Assembly (NCBI GenBank): GCA_018399055.1
Contig: CP073762.1
Span: 1,912,831 to 1,976,830, forward strand
Direction: 5' to 3'
Length of the DNA: 64,000 bases
From: Simkaniaceae bacterium
GTDB lineage: Bacteria; Chlamydiota; Chlamydiia; Chlamydiales; Simkaniaceae
Below, one piece after another: positions 19,120-28,104 of this stretch. How positions within the stretch are numbered: position 1 is the first letter of the stretch; every line of letters starts with the position of its first letter. The translations under genes and the position numbers were made by a program. The notes under the pieces were generated by a model. It saw nothing but the letters and a program-made list of their open reading frames with translations. It ran no database searches and had not been told where the DNA came from.

Positions 19120-19725
19120 TTGATCAAACAAGCGACGATTATTGCTTTTTTCATTCTAGTCCTCTTCACTGGTGGGATTTTGTTTCAAGCCTTCTATTCC
19201 TCTGAAGAAGGAGGAAGTATCGAAGAGATGCTGACCCAAGAAATTTCCATGCCAAAACATGAGGAAAAATTTCCCAATAAACAAATGCGAAAAGGAGTAG
19301 CGAAAGACCTTTGGATCTCAAACAAAGATCATGTGCGCCTCCATCACCATATTGAAAGCCCTCGCTCAATCCTTACTGCAATTCCTCATGGAAACCGGGT
19401 AGAGCTTATCGAACAAATGATTGGAATGAAGTGCTTTTTTCAAGAAAAACTGGAAAAAGGAGAGGGAAAGCCAATGCAACAGATTCGCTATCTTCAATCA
19501 GGAGAAGGCACCTATCGCTATACCGATCACTTCTTTGATGCACATAGTGTTTTCCTCGCCCTATATAGGGTACCCGGGGAGGCTTTAGTCACACACCTCG
19601 ATACTGACGATGCCTATTTAAAAGGGATTGCTGAAGAAGTCTCTTTATCTTTTTCGAATGGTACCCCAAATTTCCATGCTGAAAAATTCAAAGCTCAAAT
19701 TCGACCCCAAGGAAAAGCCCTATGA
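19120..19725 (+). CDS. N-terminally membrane-anchored protein, LptC-like by position
   Basis: TTG start abutting the kdsA stop. Single N-terminal TM (IIAFFILVLFTGGILF). Sits upstream of lptA-like and lptB genes with a 4-nt overlap. Confidence 0.4.
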   Translation: MIKQATIIAFFILVLFTGGILFQAFYSSEEGGSIEEMLTQEISMPKHEEKFPNKQMRKGVAKDLWISNKDHVRLHHHIESPRSILTAIPHGNRVELIEQMIGMKCFFQEKLEKGEGKPMQQIRYLQSGEGTYRYTDHFFDAHSVFLALYRVPGEALVTHLDTDDAYLKGIAEEVSLSFSNGTPNFHAEKFKAQIRPQGKAL

Positions 19726-21074
19726 AAGCAGCCATCCTCCTCCTCGCCTCATTAACCCCCTTGCTTGCTGAAATTCCTGCTGTTGAAATGTCCTCTGATC
19801 TCTCTTCAGACCATGCTACCTATGATGGCGAAACACTCAGACTGGAAGGACACGTCTTTCTTGATCACGACCTAGGCCAAATGGAAGCAGAAAATGCACT
19901 CCTCAAAAAGGGGGGGCCTTCCCTAGAATTTTCATCAATCCATTTAAAGGATCAGGTTTCTATCTTTTTTGAAGACCAGGGAAAACTATTTTCTGATCAA
20001 GCTTTTCTCGACTTTCATACACTTAAGGGAACCATCCTAAGCGGAGAATATCCGGTTGTTTACCATGGAAATGATCTAGAACTTTTTAGCACTGCAATCG
20101 ACCTAACTTTCTCAAGAAGCGAAACTTCTTTCAGCTTGGATTCCCTTGTGGCCAAGGAAGATGTGCACATGGATTACCTAGAAGACTTTCATCTTGATTG
20201 CGATAAAGCTCATTACAAAAATAACATCCTTGTTGCGACTGCCAACCAGAGAAAAACCCCTTGTCATCTCACACATTTAGAAGACACTGTTAATGCTCAA
20301 AAGATTTCCTTTGACTTAGAAACGAATCTACTGACATTCCACTCTCCTGAAGGAAAGCTCTCCTCTCTCTTTTTCCCTAGTGACAACGAAAGAAAGTGCG
20401 AGTTTGCATCTAACCTGTTGATCTGGGACCACACAAATGAACTCCTCACATTGCGTGGGGCAATTGTCATCCACGATCCTTCAATGGGAACCCTTATCGG
20501 CGACCATCTTTTTTCCCTGCAGCAACACACTCACCTGGGGAAAAAAGTGATTCAATCGATTGAGACAGAAGGAAAAACTGTTTTAGTTGCGGATAATGGC
20601 CAGAGCCTTACCTCATATGGAACTTTGAAGATCGATCGAGACAACCTAATGATGAGTTGTACAAGCACTGAGGATAAACAACTTCTCTATGAAAACCGCG
20701 AAGTGCGCCTTCATTCCGATACAGCCACCATCGAGTATGCTTTCCAACAAATGGAACTAAAACCTCGTATTGTCTACCTGCATGGAAATGTAAAAATCTT
20801 TTCACATGATGTTCAGCGTCCCTTAAGAAAAGGTCTTGCTGATCACATTATTTATGATCCTATCACACAAGAAACGCGTCTTCTAGCCGACGAGGGAAAC
20901 CATGTCCTTTTTTGGGACGATGAAAAAAACCTTACTCTAAGCGCTCCGGAAATTCTTATTTCTATTGATCCCGTTTCAAAAGAGGAGTTGATAAAAGGAA
21001 TCGGAACCGTCCGCTTTACCTTCAGTGAAGAAGAGGGAAAACGTTTTGAAAAACTTCTAAAGGAGGCCCCATGA
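19722..21074 (+). CDS. Secreted OstA/LptA-like protein (enlarged)
   Basis: Signal peptide MKAAILLLASLTPLLA. Repeated LptA-like strands (ADHATYDGETLRLEGHVFLDH..., ATIEY...VYLHGNVKIF). Translationally coupled to lptB. Confidence 0.5.
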   Translation: MKAAILLLASLTPLLAEIPAVEMSSDLSSDHATYDGETLRLEGHVFLDHDLGQMEAENALLKKGGPSLEFSSIHLKDQVSIFFEDQGKLFSDQAFLDFHTLKGTILSGEYPVVYHGNDLELFSTAIDLTFSRSETSFSLDSLVAKEDVHMDYLEDFHLDCDKAHYKNNILVATANQRKTPCHLTHLEDTVNAQKISFDLETNLLTFHSPEGKLSSLFFPSDNERKCEFASNLLIWDHTNELLTLRGAIVIHDPSMGTLIGDHLFSLQQHTHLGKKVIQSIETEGKTVLVADNGQSLTSYGTLKIDRDNLMMSCTSTEDKQLLYENREVRLHSDTATIEYAFQQMELKPRIVYLHGNVKIFSHDVQRPLRKGLADHIIYDPITQETRLLADEGNHVLFWDDEKNLTLSAPEILISIDPVSKEELIKGIGTVRFTFSEEEGKRFEKLLKEAP

Positions 21075-21790
21075 TTCTTAAAGTCAAAGACCTTTCAAAA
21101 TCATACTCTGGAAAAAAAGTGGTAAACGGCCTTTCCTTCAACGTACGTGCAGGACAAGTCGTCGGTCTTCTAGGCCCCAATGGAGCTGGGAAAACAACTG
21201 CCTTTTATATGGCAATCGGATTGATTCAGCCTGATAGTGGGTCGGTCTTTTTCAAGGATTCAGATGTCACCTCTAGCCCTGTTCATACGCGGGCACAAAT
21301 GGGAATGGGATACCTGGCACAAGAACCTTCAATTTTTAGGCAACTGACCGTCGAACAAAACATCCTTTGCATCCTAGAAACCCTTCCTATCACGCGCCAG
21401 GAAAGGAAAAGACGCCTAGAAGAACTTCTTGAAGAACTTCACCTCACACCCCACGCAAAAAAGCGTGCAACAACTCTTTCTGGAGGAGAACGGAGACGCC
21501 TTGAAATTACGCGCTCTCTAGTTACGAACCCTAGACTCCTTCTTCTCGATGAACCCTTTGCAAATATCGATCCGCTCACCATCTACGATGTCAAACAAAT
21601 GATCCGCCACCTCACCTCAAAAAACATCAGTGTTCTCATCACAGATCATAATGCCCGTGAAGTCTCTTCTATTGTTGATCACTCCTACCTTATTCAAGAA
21701 GGACGGGTGACTCATTCAGGAACCATCGAGGATCTACTGGCCAGCAAGGACGCACGCTCCACCTATTTCGGTGAAGATTTTGAGCTATGA
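21071..21790 (+). CDS. lptB: LPS export ABC transporter ATP-binding protein
   Basis: Walker A GPNGAGKTT, signature LSGGERRRLE, Walker B LLLLDEP, and the LptB-typical GYLAQEPSIFR. Confidence 0.9.
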   Translation: MILKVKDLSKSYSGKKVVNGLSFNVRAGQVVGLLGPNGAGKTTAFYMAIGLIQPDSGSVFFKDSDVTSSPVHTRAQMGMGYLAQEPSIFRQLTVEQNILCILETLPITRQERKRRLEELLEELHLTPHAKKRATTLSGGERRRLEITRSLVTNPRLLLLDEPFANIDPLTIYDVKQMIRHLTSKNISVLITDHNAREVSSIVDHSYLIQEGRVTHSGTIEDLLASKDARSTYFGEDFEL

Positions 21791-22419
21791 ATAAAAAGAT
21801 TGAACTCTTTCAGCTTATCGGAAATAAAATCCTTCCCTATATCGCTGAAATCGCTAAACTTCGTATCCAAATTTTTCACGAATGGCCGTACCTTTATGAA
21901 GGTTGTCTAGAGTATGAAAAAAAGCACCTCCAAACCTACACCAAAACTCAAGAATCGCTTGTAATCATTGCAAAGCATGGGAATAGGATCATTGGCGCAG
22001 TAACTGGAGTCCCTGCAAAAGATTCGATGCAAGAGGTTCAAAAAGCCTTGGAAAACGCAAGCTTCCCTTTAGAAACAACTTATTATCTAGGAGAAATTCT
22101 ACTGCTTGACGAATACAGAGGTAGTGGGATTGGATCCCAACTCTACCGCTTCTTTGAAGATTCTGTCCGAAAAAAAAATCGATATCACACAGTCGTACTT
22201 TGTGAAATTAACCGCTCCGATACTGACAAAAGAAAACCCTTATCCTATGAGGGATTGGATGTATTTTGGCATCACTTTCAATACAAACGATCTGCAAAAA
22301 TAAAAACTTCTTTTTCTTATCAGGAAATTGGGTCGGATAAAGAAACTCCTCACCCAATGGTCTTTTGGGAAAAACACCTTATACCATTTATCAAAAATAA
22401 TACCATTTCCACGAAATAA
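21787..22419 (+). CDS. GNAT-family N-acetyltransferase
   Basis: RGSGIGSQLYRFFE acetyl-CoA-binding motif. The last ~12 codons lie inside repeat sequence associated with the neighbouring IS. Confidence 0.7.
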   Translation: MNKKIELFQLIGNKILPYIAEIAKLRIQIFHEWPYLYEGCLEYEKKHLQTYTKTQESLVIIAKHGNRIIGAVTGVPAKDSMQEVQKALENASFPLETTYYLGEILLLDEYRGSGIGSQLYRFFEDSVRKKNRYHTVVLCEINRSDTDKRKPLSYEGLDVFWHHFQYKRSAKIKTSFSYQEIGSDKETPHPMVFWEKHLIPFIKNNTISTK

Positions 22420-22421
22420 AA

Positions 22422-22934
22422 TCATATTACAGCCCATGACCTGGAACAGAGCTGCTTGACATGATCTGGGATGTTTACAAACCAATTCCAAGCTTCGCAG
22501 CACGCCTCTACAATCGCCTCATATCCCTCAAAACAGCGGTTAGCTAACCAATTGTCTCGAAGAACCTGCCAAACCTGCTCTGTTGGATTGAGCTCAGGCG
22601 AAGCAACTGGTAGGGGAAGAAGAGTGAGGTTGTCGAATATCTTGAGCCGCTTAGTTGTATGCCAAGCTGCCCGATCTAGCACTAAAACAGCATGCCGCCC
22701 AGGTGGTACTTGTGCTGATATCTCCTTTAAATGTGCGAGCATTGCATCCGTATTTGCAGCAGGTAAAACTAAGCCAACGGCCTCATCACGACTAGGGCAG
22801 ACCGCGCCGAATATATATGCATACTCAAATTGTTGTTGGCGAGTCACTCGAGGCCTTGTCCCTTTTCTAGCCCAGGTACGGGTTACAGTACCCCGTTGTC
22901 CAACTCTTGCTTCATCTTGAAACCAAATATCCAC
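22422..22934 (-). CDS. IS630-family transposase, C-terminal DDE part (frameshifted relative to the N-terminal ORF)
   Basis: IWFQDEARVGQ and LVLDRAAWH catalytic-region motifs. The frame stays open upstream of the annotated start (QKAVPNQVNLEDVDIW), so one frameshift would join the two ORFs. It could be programmed or a mutation. Confidence 0.8.
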   Translation of the reverse strand: MDIWFQDEARVGQRGTVTRTWARKGTRPRVTRQQQFEYAYIFGAVCPSRDEAVGLVLPAANTDAMLAHLKEISAQVPPGRHAVLVLDRAAWHTTKRLKIFDNLTLLPLPVASPELNPTEQVWQVLRDNWLANRCFEGYEAIVEACCEAWNWFVNIPDHVKQLCSRSWAVI

Positions 22935-22945
22935 ATCTTCAAGAT

Positions 22946-23476
22946 TTACTTGATTCGGAACTGCTTTTTGGACTTCTTCTTTAAAATTTTTTTAAAAGCG
23001 AGCTGAACTTGTTCATCTGCCTTTGGATGTCGAGAGCGAGCAGTTATCCAAACAAGCCCAGCCTTTTTTAAGAGGGCATACAAGCAACTTTTATTAGGGG
23101 AAATTCCAAATTTTTCCTCGAGCAAATGCCCAATATCTTTGCCTCGAATTCTTCCTCCGCAACGCTTTTTGCTTAAGCTTTCGACTTCCTCCCGAAACTC
23201 TTCATATCTATCAGGAGACAAAAAGGGCTTTGCTCCTCTCCCCGGCTTCTCTCTCAATCCGTCAACTCCCTCTACTCGGAATTTGCTCACCCAGGCGCTG
23301 ATAGTTCGAGGGCTGACTTTAAGCATTTGTGCAACTTCATTAAAGCTTTTTCCATCTTGAACATGTGCCATTGCAAGAAAACGAATGCGCTCCCTAGGCT
23401 TGGCCTCTGTTCTGGCTAACCTAGGGAAATTGTATTCATGAAGTCTTGGTATCGGCAAGGCTTTTCTACCTCTCAA
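22946..23476 (-). CDS. IS630-family transposase, N-terminal HTH part
   Basis: 176 aa. SFNEVAQMLKVSPRTISAWVSKFRVEGVDGL is a helix-turn-helix typical of IS630. It ends in an A-rich tract (AAAAAAATTTTAAAGAAGAAG). Confidence 0.8.
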   Translation of the reverse strand: MRGRKALPIPRLHEYNFPRLARTEAKPRERIRFLAMAHVQDGKSFNEVAQMLKVSPRTISAWVSKFRVEGVDGLREKPGRGAKPFLSPDRYEEFREEVESLSKKRCGGRIRGKDIGHLLEEKFGISPNKSCLYALLKKAGLVWITARSRHPKADEQVQLAFKKILKKKSKKQFRIK

Positions 23477-23642
23477 CTGCTCCTCCTTTTTTGAAGAGCA
23501 ACCATACCACAGGTATCAATTAAATTTATGAATATATTTCATGAAAATGGTATAACTTGGTGAATTGAGCTTTGTCTTTTCAGCTGAAATAGGGTTTGAA
23601 AATCTTAAAGCCCATTCTGCAAGTTATTTTTGATAAATGGTA

Positions 23643-24764
23643 TTAGCTCAGACTAGAGAGTGTTGTCATAAGAGGATTGCTCAAGAAGGTATGGAGGTTC
23701 GAAATAATTTCTTGTGGAGTGAGTGTATGAAGACAATCACTTTTCCCTGAACCGCCACACCCTGGTTGGTAACAGGGACGGCAAGAAAGATCGCAGGTAA
23801 TTACACAAGCATGAGGGTTGCGATAAGGACCCCAATTTTGATCGCAAGTCGGACCAAAGACAACAGCCACAGGTTTTTTCAGGGCACTCGCAATATGGAG
23901 AGGGACAGAATCCACCGTGAATAGAAAGTTGCTTTTGTTAATCACCACACCGAGCTCCTTAAGAGAGATTTTTCCCGAAAGGTCAACAGCTCTAGGAAGA
24001 GCCTCTTGAATCTGCCTGTTTATTTCCATTTCAAGGGGATCGGGACTGGCTGTTAGAACAATATTCTCGCCTCTTTCTTGGAGATACTCACAAACAGCAA
24101 TCATCGTCTCAATGGGGAGCGTTTTAAACATCCACCGAGAAACAGGGTGAACCGCCACATAGGACTCTGGAACAAGAGACGCCACCTTCTCATAGGTCTC
24201 TTCAGGAATGTTGAAGGTGAGGTCCCTTTCGCTGGGAGTTGGGAAAATTCCTAAACACCGTAGAGCATCGAGCTGCTTTTCTACGGTATGGCGGGGGCGA
24301 GGTGTGTGCTTAATCAGATGGGTGTAACAGGAGGTTTTCCCCTTCATTCCATCCCCTTGAGGATCGAATCCAATGGCAAAAGGAGCCTTGGAAAACTTCG
24401 CTGCAATCGCCCCTCGATCCCCTTCGGTAAGATTAATGACAAGATCGTACCCTTTCTTCCGGATAGCTCGGAGAAGTTTCATTTCCTCCAAATACCGCTT
24501 CCAAATGGGGAGCTTTTTCCATCCTTTGTCATAGAGAAGAAAGCTCGAAATCGCCGGGTGGCCTTCTAGCATAGGAAGGGTTTCCGAGTAGATATAAGCA
24601 TCGATTTCCAAGTGAGGAAATCTTTCTTTTAATACAGAAAACACGGGACTGCTGAGGAGCACATCTCCATGATGGCGAAGTTTCGCCACCAATATTTTCC
24701 GGATCTTTGAAAAATCTATGTCATATTGTCCTAGCACGAATCCACTTCCAAGCTTTAGTCTCAA
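23643..24764 (-). CDS. Glycosyltransferase family 9 (LPS heptosyltransferase-like)
   Basis: KILVAKLRHHGDVLLSSPVF N-terminal motif and C-terminal VDSVPLHIASAL typical of GT9. The annotated start overlaps the upstream gene by 44 nt, so the true start may be the internal GTG. Confidence 0.8.
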   Translation of the reverse strand: MRLKLGSGFVLGQYDIDFSKIRKILVAKLRHHGDVLLSSPVFSVLKERFPHLEIDAYIYSETLPMLEGHPAISSFLLYDKGWKKLPIWKRYLEEMKLLRAIRKKGYDLVINLTEGDRGAIAAKFSKAPFAIGFDPQGDGMKGKTSCYTHLIKHTPRPRHTVEKQLDALRCLGIFPTPSERDLTFNIPEETYEKVASLVPESYVAVHPVSRWMFKTLPIETMIAVCEYLQERGENIVLTASPDPLEMEINRQIQEALPRAVDLSGKISLKELGVVINKSNFLFTVDSVPLHIASALKKPVAVVFGPTCDQNWGPYRNPHACVITCDLSCRPCYQPGCGGSGKSDCLHTLTPQEIISNLHTFLSNPLMTTLSSLS

Positions 24765-25527
24765 ACGAGTCCTTAAGCTCTGGATTATACGTCATTCCCC
24801 AATATTCCTTAAAGAGGTGAGTGAAGCGATGGCTAACATTCCCCTCACGAAAATCCTGGGTATTTTTTCTTACATCCTTGCTATCAAAAAGATTGGCGCT
24901 TACCCATATTGCTGCTTCCAAGCCAACATCAACAATCAAAGCAACGGCAACGTTGTAAATAAGCCGAACCTCAAAAGTTGTCCAATGAACAATATCCCAC
25001 TCATCTGTTCCATAGACAGGGTCTCGACTAGCTCCGAGTTTACTACGAATAACATCTAATGAAAGGGTCCCGGGTTTCATGTATCTAAAGTATTCTCGAA
25101 GCCCCTCTGGTGCAAAATACTCATACGACGAATGGAAGGTCTCTTTTTCAATAAACTCTTTTGTCCCTAATTCTGCCCACACCTCATCGATACTATGATT
25201 ATAAACAACCTCTTTAATAGAAAAATGCTGCTTTGGAGTTAGATACCTTCTCTGCACAGAATGAAACTTCGAAATAGAGTCCCCCGTGTTTGAGAAAAAA
25301 TTACGAACAGCATCATGAAATTCTGTTAAGATCCTTCCTTCTACACATTCTTTATGCAGATACTCCCCACAACTTTCAATCATAACTGTGGGATCGGCAT
25401 CATCTCTTGGTGCAAAATTACACATACAAGCTGCACATTCAAAATCCTTAGGAACAATCTTAAGCATAACCTTCTCCTCTATTTGGTTGAAGGGAAGAAG
25501 GTTAGAAGCTTTGGGGTTAGGTGTCAA
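24721..25527 (-). CDS. Hypothetical protein with an N-terminal Cys/His cluster
   Basis: 268 aa. [11 protein letters not shown]17-CGEYLHKEC. No family recognised. Confidence 0.5.
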   Translation of the reverse strand: MTPNPKASNLLPFNQIEEKVMLKIVPKDFECAACMCNFAPRDDADPTVMIESCGEYLHKECVEGRILTEFHDAVRNFFSNTGDSISKFHSVQRRYLTPKQHFSIKEVVYNHSIDEVWAELGTKEFIEKETFHSSYEYFAPEGLREYFRYMKPGTLSLDVIRSKLGASRDPVYGTDEWDIVHWTTFEVRLIYNVAVALIVDVGLEAAIWVSANLFDSKDVRKNTQDFREGNVSHRFTHLFKEYWGMTYNPELKDSFETKAWKWIRARTI

Positions 25528-25580
25528 GTTGTTATTTTAATCACTTTGTGTTAACATGTCCTCCACCAAGGAGAAAACAC

Positions 25581-26006
25581 ATGACAAAAGAACGTACATT
25601 ATCAATTATTAAACCGGATGCCGTGAGCAAAAATTACGTTGGGGATATTCTTGCCCGTTTTGAAAAAGCAGGGCTAAAGATTATTGCTGCAAAAATGAAA
25701 CACCTGAGTCGCGCTGATGCCGAAGGATTTTATGCTGTTCACAAAGAGCGTCCTTTCTTTAAAGACCTCGTCGATTTCATGATCTCAGGCCCTGTCATGA
25801 TCTCGGCTCTTGAAGGAGAAGGAGCGATTGCAAAAAACCGTGATCTAATGGGAGCGACTAATCCTAAAGAAGCCGCGCCAGGAACCATCCGAGCAGATTT
25901 TGCTCAGTCCATTGATGCAAATGCTGTGCATGGATCTGATGGAGTTGACACTGCAAAAACAGAAATCTCTTTCTTCTTCAACAAAGACGAAATCTACTCT
26001 CGATAG
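25581..26006 (+). CDS. ndk: Nucleoside diphosphate kinase
   Basis: [15 protein letters not shown]..., NAVHGSD active site. ATG at 25581 has an AAGGAG SD. The ORF-track start at 25521 is probably too far upstream. Confidence 0.92.
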   Translation: MTKERTLSIIKPDAVSKNYVGDILARFEKAGLKIIAAKMKHLSRADAEGFYAVHKERPFFKDLVDFMISGPVMISALEGEGAIAKNRDLMGATNPKEAAPGTIRADFAQSIDANAVHGSDGVDTAKTEISFFFNKDEIYSR

Positions 26007-26014
26007 CCATCACT

Positions 26015-26054
26015 GGGGGAAGTTCCTAAACGGAAACTTCCCCTAGACCTTTTT
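26015..26054. terminator. Hairpin between convergent ndk and a lipoprotein gene (probable bidirectional terminator)
   Basis: GGGGGAAGTTCC-TAAAC-GGAAACTTCCCC, with T5 a few nt downstream. Confidence 0.6.
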
Positions 26055-26074
26055 CAACACCATCTAGGTTTCCA

Positions 26075-26269
26075 TCAACCATCAACTGGAGAATTTCCCC
26101 AATGTGATTCTGCTGATTGCTCTCCTTCTGAGTTTTCTTCTGTTCCTGGAGTATTCCCCCAATGAGTTTGCGAACCATCTCCCGAGTTGAGTTTCTTATC
26201 TGTTTCAGAATTCCCACACCCGACAAGAATGAGCCCGAGTGCACCAATAACTAGACAATTTTTTTTCAT
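26075..26269 (-). CDS. Small lipoprotein
   Basis: MKKNCLVIGALGLILVGC is a signal peptide plus lipobox. Two HWGN(T/S)P repeats. Confidence 0.6.
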   Translation of the reverse strand: MKKNCLVIGALGLILVGCGNSETDKKLNSGDGSQTHWGNTPGTEENSEGEQSAESHWGNSPVDG

Positions 26270-26384
26270 GTTTCACCTCCTTTTTCAGAGATAGCATCAA
26301 AAATTAATATAGATCAAGATTGTTAAAAAAAAACCTAACTGCTAGAGTCTCTCGCAAAAAGATGAGTTGAGGGAAACAATTCAA

Positions 26385-28088
26385 ATGAGCTATTCCTTAC
26401 GAGTAGGGTCAAAGCCCTATGTTCAGGCTGCGCCCCAAAATGGTGCGGCATATCAGTCCTTTCCTTCCGAACACCCAGACGCCATTGTTGAGATGGGTGG
26501 TCTGAGCCAATGTGATTCTATGGAATATACTCCAACTAAACCTTCCTCTCCTGAAAGGACTCCCCAACATCGCTCCTCAATAAATTGGGTGGCCGTTGGG
26601 AAAACCGCTGTCCCAATCTGTCTGGGGATTGCCACGATAGGACTTCTTGCCGTTTCAATTATTAACCGCAACGGAGTCGTGTTTAACGCTTGGATTAACG
26701 TTGCACTAGGAGTTACCTTCCAGGCAACTCTTCAAGTCGTTCCCTTTCGAAAAAATGCAGGTCAGATCACCCTTTACGGAAGGACTCTTAAATATGAAAA
26801 AGACAAAATCGTCAAATATTCATCTATCTTCTTCATTGCTTTTACGCAACTCTACTTAAACCTTAAACAGCCCAAGTGGTTTGTTCGAATGACCTATGGA
26901 ACGATGAATTTCATCCTCGGAATGCTCGTTGCAACTAAAGTCGATAACATCATAAATTGGCGCCTTGAGGATTCCCACATCCCTGAGTCTCTAGAAGCTC
27001 GTCCTCTTGTCACTAACGAAAGAGCCGCCCTACATTCCCCAGCTCTTGACTACTCTCGAACGATCACAGTCATCCCCATCGATAAAAAAGCTATGAATGC
27101 TGAAGCAATGGAAGACTTCAAAAGGCGAGGTCTTGAAGGAGTCAAATTTTTAGTCGCTGCAGTCATTGTTGGGTCTCTCCTAGCTGCCAGACATTTTAAC
27201 CCCAGTGAGAAGTTTCATAAAGCCAGTGCTTTTCCCATGATTCTTTCCTATATTTTTCTTGGCCATGCAATTGGAGGACTTTTTCATGAAATCGTTCATG
27301 CAATCCATAAGCGTCTTCGAAAAAAGCATCAAGAAGGAATGGAGTACACTGGATATGGAAACCCTGAAATCCATACTCCCCGGTCTCTTCAAATCCTGAT
27401 TGCCATCGAAAAAATTGAACGGGTTTGTGGCATCCTTCTCCCTGGATTCATCATTGCCTTTAATACAGTTCCTGGCGCGCTTGCTGCTGGAGCTTTAATG
27501 GGAATCATGAGGCAAATTGACCTCATTGAATTTACACAAACACACATCACCCAACACCACAGACTGGAACGTGAAGCTCCTCGATTGTTCACAACCGCCA
27601 GAAAGATTTGGGAATATGCAAAGCTCGGCTTTGCGTGGACCTTTGCCGTTGTGGCTACGGGTGCTTGGGTTGGATATAACATCTACACGCTTGGAACAGC
27701 TCCCTATAATCTCTACCCTTTAATCACCTTTCCCATTGTGTTATTTCCTGCATATTTCATCGCAAGAAAAATAGACAGTCAGCAAATCGATGAGAATAGC
27801 CCTCCATGGTTGAACTTTCTTTTCTTTGTCACTCACTACTCAATCTCTGCTTGTATTGTTTATATTGCTGCTAGCCTAACACTGAACCTTAATGACGTCG
27901 CTTTAAAAAGCTACCCAACATACGCAACACTTGTTGCCTGTATGGGAATCGCATCGATTGCCCTGGCCTTTGCTTTTCAGGCAGCTCTACGAGCGACTAA
28001 TCGAAAAGTCACTTTTCCGGCAGAGATCGATCCCTTGATCATTCTATTCACTTACTTTTTTGCCCAACAACTGCTAGGGCTTGCGTAA
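26385..28088 (+). CDS. Polytopic integral membrane protein, unknown function
   Basis: About 12 hydrophobic helices in the translation. ATG at 26385 (the ORF track starts at TTG 26367). Confidence 0.65.
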   Translation: MSYSLRVGSKPYVQAAPQNGAAYQSFPSEHPDAIVEMGGLSQCDSMEYTPTKPSSPERTPQHRSSINWVAVGKTAVPICLGIATIGLLAVSIINRNGVVFNAWINVALGVTFQATLQVVPFRKNAGQITLYGRTLKYEKDKIVKYSSIFFIAFTQLYLNLKQPKWFVRMTYGTMNFILGMLVATKVDNIINWRLEDSHIPESLEARPLVTNERAALHSPALDYSRTITVIPIDKKAMNAEAMEDFKRRGLEGVKFLVAAVIVGSLLAARHFNPSEKFHKASAFPMILSYIFLGHAIGGLFHEIVHAIHKRLRKKHQEGMEYTGYGNPEIHTPRSLQILIAIEKIERVCGILLPGFIIAFNTVPGALAAGALMGIMRQIDLIEFTQTHITQHHRLEREAPRLFTTARKIWEYAKLGFAWTFAVVATGAWVGYNIYTLGTAPYNLYPLITFPIVLFPAYFIARKIDSQQIDENSPPWLNFLFFVTHYSISACIVYIAASLTLNLNDVALKSYPTYATLVACMGIASIALAFAFQAALRATNRKVTFPAEIDPLIILFTYFFAQQLLGLA

Positions 28089-28104
28089 CAATAGGTTAGC
28101 TAAT

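Larger units (their letters stand above)
22401..23552 (-). mobile_element. IS630-family insertion sequence (~1.15 kb)
   Basis: Imperfect terminal IRs TACCATTTCCACGAAAT (22401..22417) and ATTTCATGAAAATGGTA (23536..23552), 15/17 match, with TA at both junctions. Transposase is split into two ORFs. Confidence 0.75.
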
